A stretch of DNA of 39,175 nucleotides from Clostridia bacterium DTU022. GTDB lineage: Bacteria > Bacillota > Dethiobacteria > DTU022. Positions 35,232-39,175 of this stretch are shown in pieces. Position numbers and translations under genes: made by a program. Where the stretch lies: contig LFRQ01000106.1 of NCBI GenBank assembly GCA_001512835.1, forward strand, positions 42,921-82,095. The letters run 5' to 3'. How positions within the stretch are numbered: the stretch's first letter is position 1; every line of letters begins with the position of its first letter. The notes beneath the pieces are model-generated. The model saw nothing but the letters and a program-made list of their open reading frames with translations, was not told the DNA's origin and made no database searches.

Positions 35232-36173
35232 CTAGGCCGGCGGCGTCAACAGCAGGACCAGCAGCGCTTTCTGCACGTGCAGCCGGTTCTCCGCCTGGTC
35301 CATGATCTCCCCGGCATGCTCCTCAAAAACCTGGTCGGTAATCTCCTCCCCCCGGTGGGCGGGCAGGCAGTGCAGCACCATGGCTCCCACCTCGGCCCGG
35401 TTAACCAGGGCCTTGTTGAGCTGGTACGGCTTCATGATCCGGCGCCGCAAGGGGGCCTCGTCTTCATGCCCCATGCTGACCCAGACATCGGTATAAAGAA
35501 CGTGGGCTCCGGAAACGGCCTCCCGGGGATCGCTGGTCAGGATAACCTGGCCGCCGCTTTCCTTGGCCGCTTTTTTGGCCAGGCGGACCACCTCCCGGCG
35601 CGGCGCGTACTCCGGCGGGGTGGCCACCGCCACCTTCATGCCCATCTTGGCGCCGCCGATGAGCAGGGAGTTGGCCACGTTGTTGCCGTCGCCTACGTAG
35701 GCCAGTTTAACCTCCCGCAGGTTCCGGCAGCGCTCCTGGATGGTAAGCAGGTCCGCCAACACCTGGCAGGGGTGATAGCGGTCGGTAAGCCCGTTGATTA
35801 CCGGCACCGTTGCCTCCCGGGCCAGCTCTTCCACCGTTTCATGCTTCCGGGCCCGGATCATAATGGCATCCACGTAACGGGAGAGGACCCGGGCGGTATC
35901 CTTGATCGGCTCGCCCCGGCCCATCTGCAGGTCCTGGGGATTTAGAAAGAGAGCTTTCCCGCCCAGCTGCCACATCCCCACTTCGAAGGAGACCCTTGTC
36001 CGGGTGGAGGATTTTTCAAAGATCATGGCCAGGGTCTTCCCCTCCAGGAGCCGGTGCTCCTGCCCCTGCTTTAGCTTGCCCTTCAATTCCGCAGCCAGCT
36101 TCAGGATCCGGCGGATCTGCTCCCCGGACCAATCGGCCAGGGTAAGAAAGTCCCTCCCGTAAAAACCGGCCAC
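35232..36173 (-). CDS. argF: Ornithine carbamoyltransferase
   Basis: FEKSSTRTR, HPCQ, YTDVWVSMG, HCLP, AENR. Confidence 0.96.
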   Translation of the reverse strand: MAGFYGRDFLTLADWSGEQIRRILKLAAELKGKLKQGQEHRLLEGKTLAMIFEKSSTRTRVSFEVGMWQLGGKALFLNPQDLQMGRGEPIKDTARVLSRYVDAIMIRARKHETVEELAREATVPVINGLTDRYHPCQVLADLLTIQERCRNLREVKLAYVGDGNNVANSLLIGGAKMGMKVAVATPPEYAPRREVVRLAKKAAKESGGQVILTSDPREAVSGAHVLYTDVWVSMGHEDEAPLRRRIMKPYQLNKALVNRAEVGAMVLHCLPAHRGEEITDQVFEEHAGEIMDQAENRLHVQKALLVLLLTPPA

Positions 36174-36188
36174 TTTTACCGCCTCCTC

Positions 36189-37397
36189 TTAGGAATTTTC
36201 TCCACCGGCGGCCTCTTCCAACCCGGCGATGACCTGCTCCAGGATGGCAAAGGCTTCCTGCAGCTCTTCCGCGCTGATCACCAGGGGCGGCAGGAAGCGC
36301 AAGACCTTCTCCCCGATGGCATTGATCAGCAAGCCTCTCCCCTGGCACCGCTGCTGAATCTCGGAAGCCAGGGGCCTGGTTAACTCCAGCCCGTTCATCA
36401 GGCCCAGTCCGCGCACCTCCTGGACCAGGCCCGGGTAAGATTCCTGCAGACGCTTCAAGCATCCCAGCCAGAGTTCTCCTTTCCGGCGCACCTCTTCCAG
36501 GAAGCCCTCCGCCAGCAGGGTATCCATAACGGCCAGGGCGGCCCGGCAGACCACCGGGTTGCCGCCGAAGGTGGAGGCATGGTCGCCCGGATGAAAAGCG
36601 GCCGCCACCTCTCTCTTGGCCAGCAGCGCCCCGATGGGCAGCCCCCCGCCCAGGCCCTTGGCCACGGTGAGCAGGTCCGGCGGGACGCCCCAGTTCTCAA
36701 AGGCCCAGAGGCGGCCGGTGCGTCCCATGCCGCACTGCACTTCGTCATAGATAAGCAAAATGCCCTCGTCGTCGCACAACCGGCGGAGCCCCTTTAGAAA
36801 GGCTTCCTCCGCCACGTAGACGCCCCCCTCCCCCTGGACGGGCTCGATAAGGATGGCCGCCGTCTCCTCGTCCACCAGCCGGCGGAAGGAGTCCAGGTTG
36901 TTGAATTCAGCGTAGCTAAAGCCGGGGACCAGGGGCTCCAGGCCTTGCTGGTACTTGGGCTGCCCCGTAGCGGTAATGGCCGCCAGGGTGCGCCCGTGAA
37001 AGGAACGCTGGGCGGTGATGATCTTGTACCGCCCCGGCCGGTACTTGCGGGCCAGCTTAAAGGCGGCCTCGTTGGCCTCGGCGCCGCTGTTGCAGAAAAA
37101 GACCTGGTCCCCCGGAGAGTGCTCCACCAGGGTCCGGGCCAGAAGAGCCTGGGGCTCCGTATAGTAGAGGTTGGAGGCATGAATCAGGCGGGAAACCTGC
37201 TCTTTCACCGCCGCCACCACCGCCGGGTGGCAGTGCCCCAGGATGTTCACGGCCAGGCCGCTGACCAGGTCCAGGTAGCAGCGCCCCCCGTCATCCCACA
37301 CCCGGGCTCCTTCCCCCTTGACCAGGAGCAGGTTCTGTCCCGGCTTGCGGTTGTAGGTGTTGATGATGTAGTTGGCCTCCAGTTCCTGTATCTTCAT
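36189..37397 (-). CDS. argD: Acetylornithine aminotransferase
   Basis: NSGAEANE, FHGRT, EPVQGEGG, DEVQCG, AKGLGGG, HASTFGGNP. Start set to ATG at 37397. Confidence 0.94.
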   Translation of the reverse strand: MKIQELEANYIINTYNRKPGQNLLLVKGEGARVWDDGGRCYLDLVSGLAVNILGHCHPAVVAAVKEQVSRLIHASNLYYTEPQALLARTLVEHSPGDQVFFCNSGAEANEAAFKLARKYRPGRYKIITAQRSFHGRTLAAITATGQPKYQQGLEPLVPGFSYAEFNNLDSFRRLVDEETAAILIEPVQGEGGVYVAEEAFLKGLRRLCDDEGILLIYDEVQCGMGRTGRLWAFENWGVPPDLLTVAKGLGGGLPIGALLAKREVAAAFHPGDHASTFGGNPVVCRAALAVMDTLLAEGFLEEVRRKGELWLGCLKRLQESYPGLVQEVRGLGLMNGLELTRPLASEIQQRCQGRGLLINAIGEKVLRFLPPLVISAEELQEAFAILEQVIAGLEEAAGGENS

Positions 37398-37414
37398 CAG
37401 CAGAATCACTCCCC

Positions 37415-38305
37415 CTAGTTGGTAACCATGGTCCCGATACCCCGGTCGGTAAAGATCTCCAGCAGCAGCGAGTGGGGCGTCCGGCCGTCCAGGATATGAG
37501 CCCGGGAAACCCCGGAGCTCACCGCCTCCAGGCAGGCCTCCACCTTGGGGATCATCCCCCCGCTGATCCGGCCGGAGGCGATCCATTCTCGGGCCTCCTT
37601 CGCCCGGATGCGGGAGACAAATTCCTCTTCCGATGACCTGCGGTCATAAATCCCCTCCACGTCGGTAAGGACGATAAGCTTCTCCGCCTGCAGGGCGGTG
37701 GCCAGCTTGCCGGCCACGTGGTCGGCATTGATGTTGAGGCTCTCCCCGCCGGGCCCCACGGCGATGGAGGAAACCACGGGAATATAGCTGTTGTCGCTGA
37801 TAATATGCAGCAACTCCGTGTTAACCCTGGTGATCTCGCCCACCAGGCCCAGGTCTACCTTCTCCCCGTCCACTTCCTCCGGCGGCCGGCGGCGGGCCTG
37901 GAGCAGGTTGGCGTCCTTGCCGCTCAAGCCGACGGCCTTCCCGCCATACCGGTTCACCAGGCTAACTATCTGCCGGTTGACCTTGCCCATGAGGACCATC
38001 TCCACGATCTCCATGGTCTCCTGGTCGGTAACGCGCAGGCCGTTTACAAAGCGGGGCTTCTTCCCCAGCCGCTCCATCACCTCGTTGATCTCGTTGCCGC
38101 CTCCGTGAACCAGGATCGGCTTGATGCCGATAAATTTCATGAGGACGATATCCAGGATCACCGAAGCTTTCAGTTCTTCGTTGATCATGGCGTGCCCCCC
38201 GTACTTGACCACAAAGAACTTGCCGGAAAAGGCGCGGATATAGGGAAGGGCCTCCACCAGGACCTGAGCTTTGGCAATCAATCCATTCATATAAGCGGTA
38301 TCCAT
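37415..38305 (-). CDS. argB: Acetylglutamate kinase
   Basis: VVKYGGHAM, VHGGG, GLRVTD, NINAD, GGMIPK, EIFTDRGIGT. Confidence 0.96.
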   Translation of the reverse strand: MDTAYMNGLIAKAQVLVEALPYIRAFSGKFFVVKYGGHAMINEELKASVILDIVLMKFIGIKPILVHGGGNEINEVMERLGKKPRFVNGLRVTDQETMEIVEMVLMGKVNRQIVSLVNRYGGKAVGLSGKDANLLQARRRPPEEVDGEKVDLGLVGEITRVNTELLHIISDNSYIPVVSSIAVGPGGESLNINADHVAGKLATALQAEKLIVLTDVEGIYDRRSSEEEFVSRIRAKEAREWIASGRISGGMIPKVEACLEAVSSGVSRAHILDGRTPHSLLLEIFTDRGIGTMVTN

Positions 38306-38325
38306 GGTTAACTCCTTTCCTCCGG

Positions 38326-39175
38326 TCAGCTGCGGTAGTCGCTGTTTATAGAGACATATTCATGACTCAAATCGGTGCCCCAGGCGGTAAGCTGCTCTTC
38401 ACCGGAATTTAGTTCTACCCTTACGGGGACTAGATTCTGGCTCAAAACCTTTTTGGCCTCTTTTTCGCTGAACGGAAGGGCCTCGCCGGCGGCGGCCACC
38501 TGTACCGGGCCCAAGTAGATATCCACCCGGCGGGGGTCAAATTCAACCCCGGCATATCCCAGGGCGGCCATGATCCGGCCCCAGTTGGCATCCTCCCCGT
38601 AAAAGGCGGTCTTCACCAGGGGGGAGTTCAGCACCGAGCGGGCCAGCTTCCGGGCGGAAGGGCCGTCGGGGGCCCCGTTGATGGTCAGCTCAATCACCTT
38701 GGTCACGCCTTCACCGTCCTGGACAATTTTCAACGCCAGCTCCCGGCAGGCCTGCTCCAGCATCGCGGCAAAAAGCCGCTCTTCGGGACCGCCGGGAAGG
38801 ATCTCCACCCCCGAAGCCCCGTTGGCCAGGATTAAGGCGGTATCGTTGGTGGAGGTGTCCCCGTCGATGGTAATCAGGTTAAAGGAGCGGTCCACTGCCT
38901 GCCGGAAGAGCCTCCGCAGGAGATCCGCCGGGAGAGAGAGGTCGGTAAAGAGGAAGGCCAGCATGGTGGCCATGTCCGGGCAGATCATCCCCGCCCCCTT
39001 GGCCATCCCTGCCAGGTGGAACTCTCCCCCGGGCAGGATTCCCCGGTAGGCCACCTGCTTGATGGTGGTATCGGTGGTCATGATCGCCTCGGCGGCGTCC
39101 AGGGCGCCTTCTTCCCCGGAGCTAAGGGCGGAGACGGCCGCCTTAATGCCGGCTCTGATCTTCTCCATGGGCAGT
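38326..39175 (-). CDS. argJ: Ornithine acetyltransferase ArgJ (5' part outside the window)
   Basis: IMTTDT, KGAGMICPDMATML, DGDTSTND, DGEG, NWGRI, DLSHEYVSIN. Confidence 0.95.
   Translation of the reverse strand, partial: LPMEKIRAGIKAAVSALSSGEEGALDAAEAIMTTDTTIKQVAYRGILPGGEFHLAGMAKGAGMICPDMATMLAFLFTDLSLPADLLRRLFRQAVDRSFNLITIDGDTSTNDTALILANGASGVEILPGGPEERLFAAMLEQACRELALKIVQDGEGVTKVIELTINGAPDGPSARKLARSVLNSPLVKTAFYGEDANWGRIMAALGYAGVEFDPRRVDIYLGPVQVAAAGEALPFSEKEAKKVLSQNLVPVRVELNSGEEQLTAWGTDLSHEYVSINSDYRS

Overview
A GC-rich chromosomal segment, apparently from an anaerobic Bacillota (Firmicutes) lineage. I infer this from Rex, SigA/SigH-type promoters and Gram-positive gene content. I see no phage, IS element or CRISPR array. 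Housekeeping content: serA, an oppABCDF peptide ABC transporter, msrAB, a five-tRNA cluster (Asp-Phe-Gly-Cys-Leu), rex, pyrE, glycerate kinase, a two-component pair and argJBDF. Four things stand out. (1) An operon with a SigH-consensus promoter contains an uncalled 26-aa signal-peptide-like ORF (MRVTLVKVLTALAALVLAGGAVWKWY) between a conserved hypothetical gene and a membrane-sensor HD-GYP phosphodiesterase plus a DUF5317-like membrane protein; this is a candidate peptide-to-cyclic-dinucleotide signalling system. (2) A ~260-nt minus-strand transcript upstream of serA folds back into one long rod and carries a 31-aa Lys/Arg-rich ORF whose start codon pairs with its own 3' UTR. (3) An arginine-synthetase (ArcE-like) gene closes argJBDF where argG/argH would be expected. 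(4) An FmdB-type zinc-ribbon gene has an in-frame TGA at a Cys position and is probably a selenoprotein. All family assignments come from recognising motifs by eye; no searches or folding programs were run.
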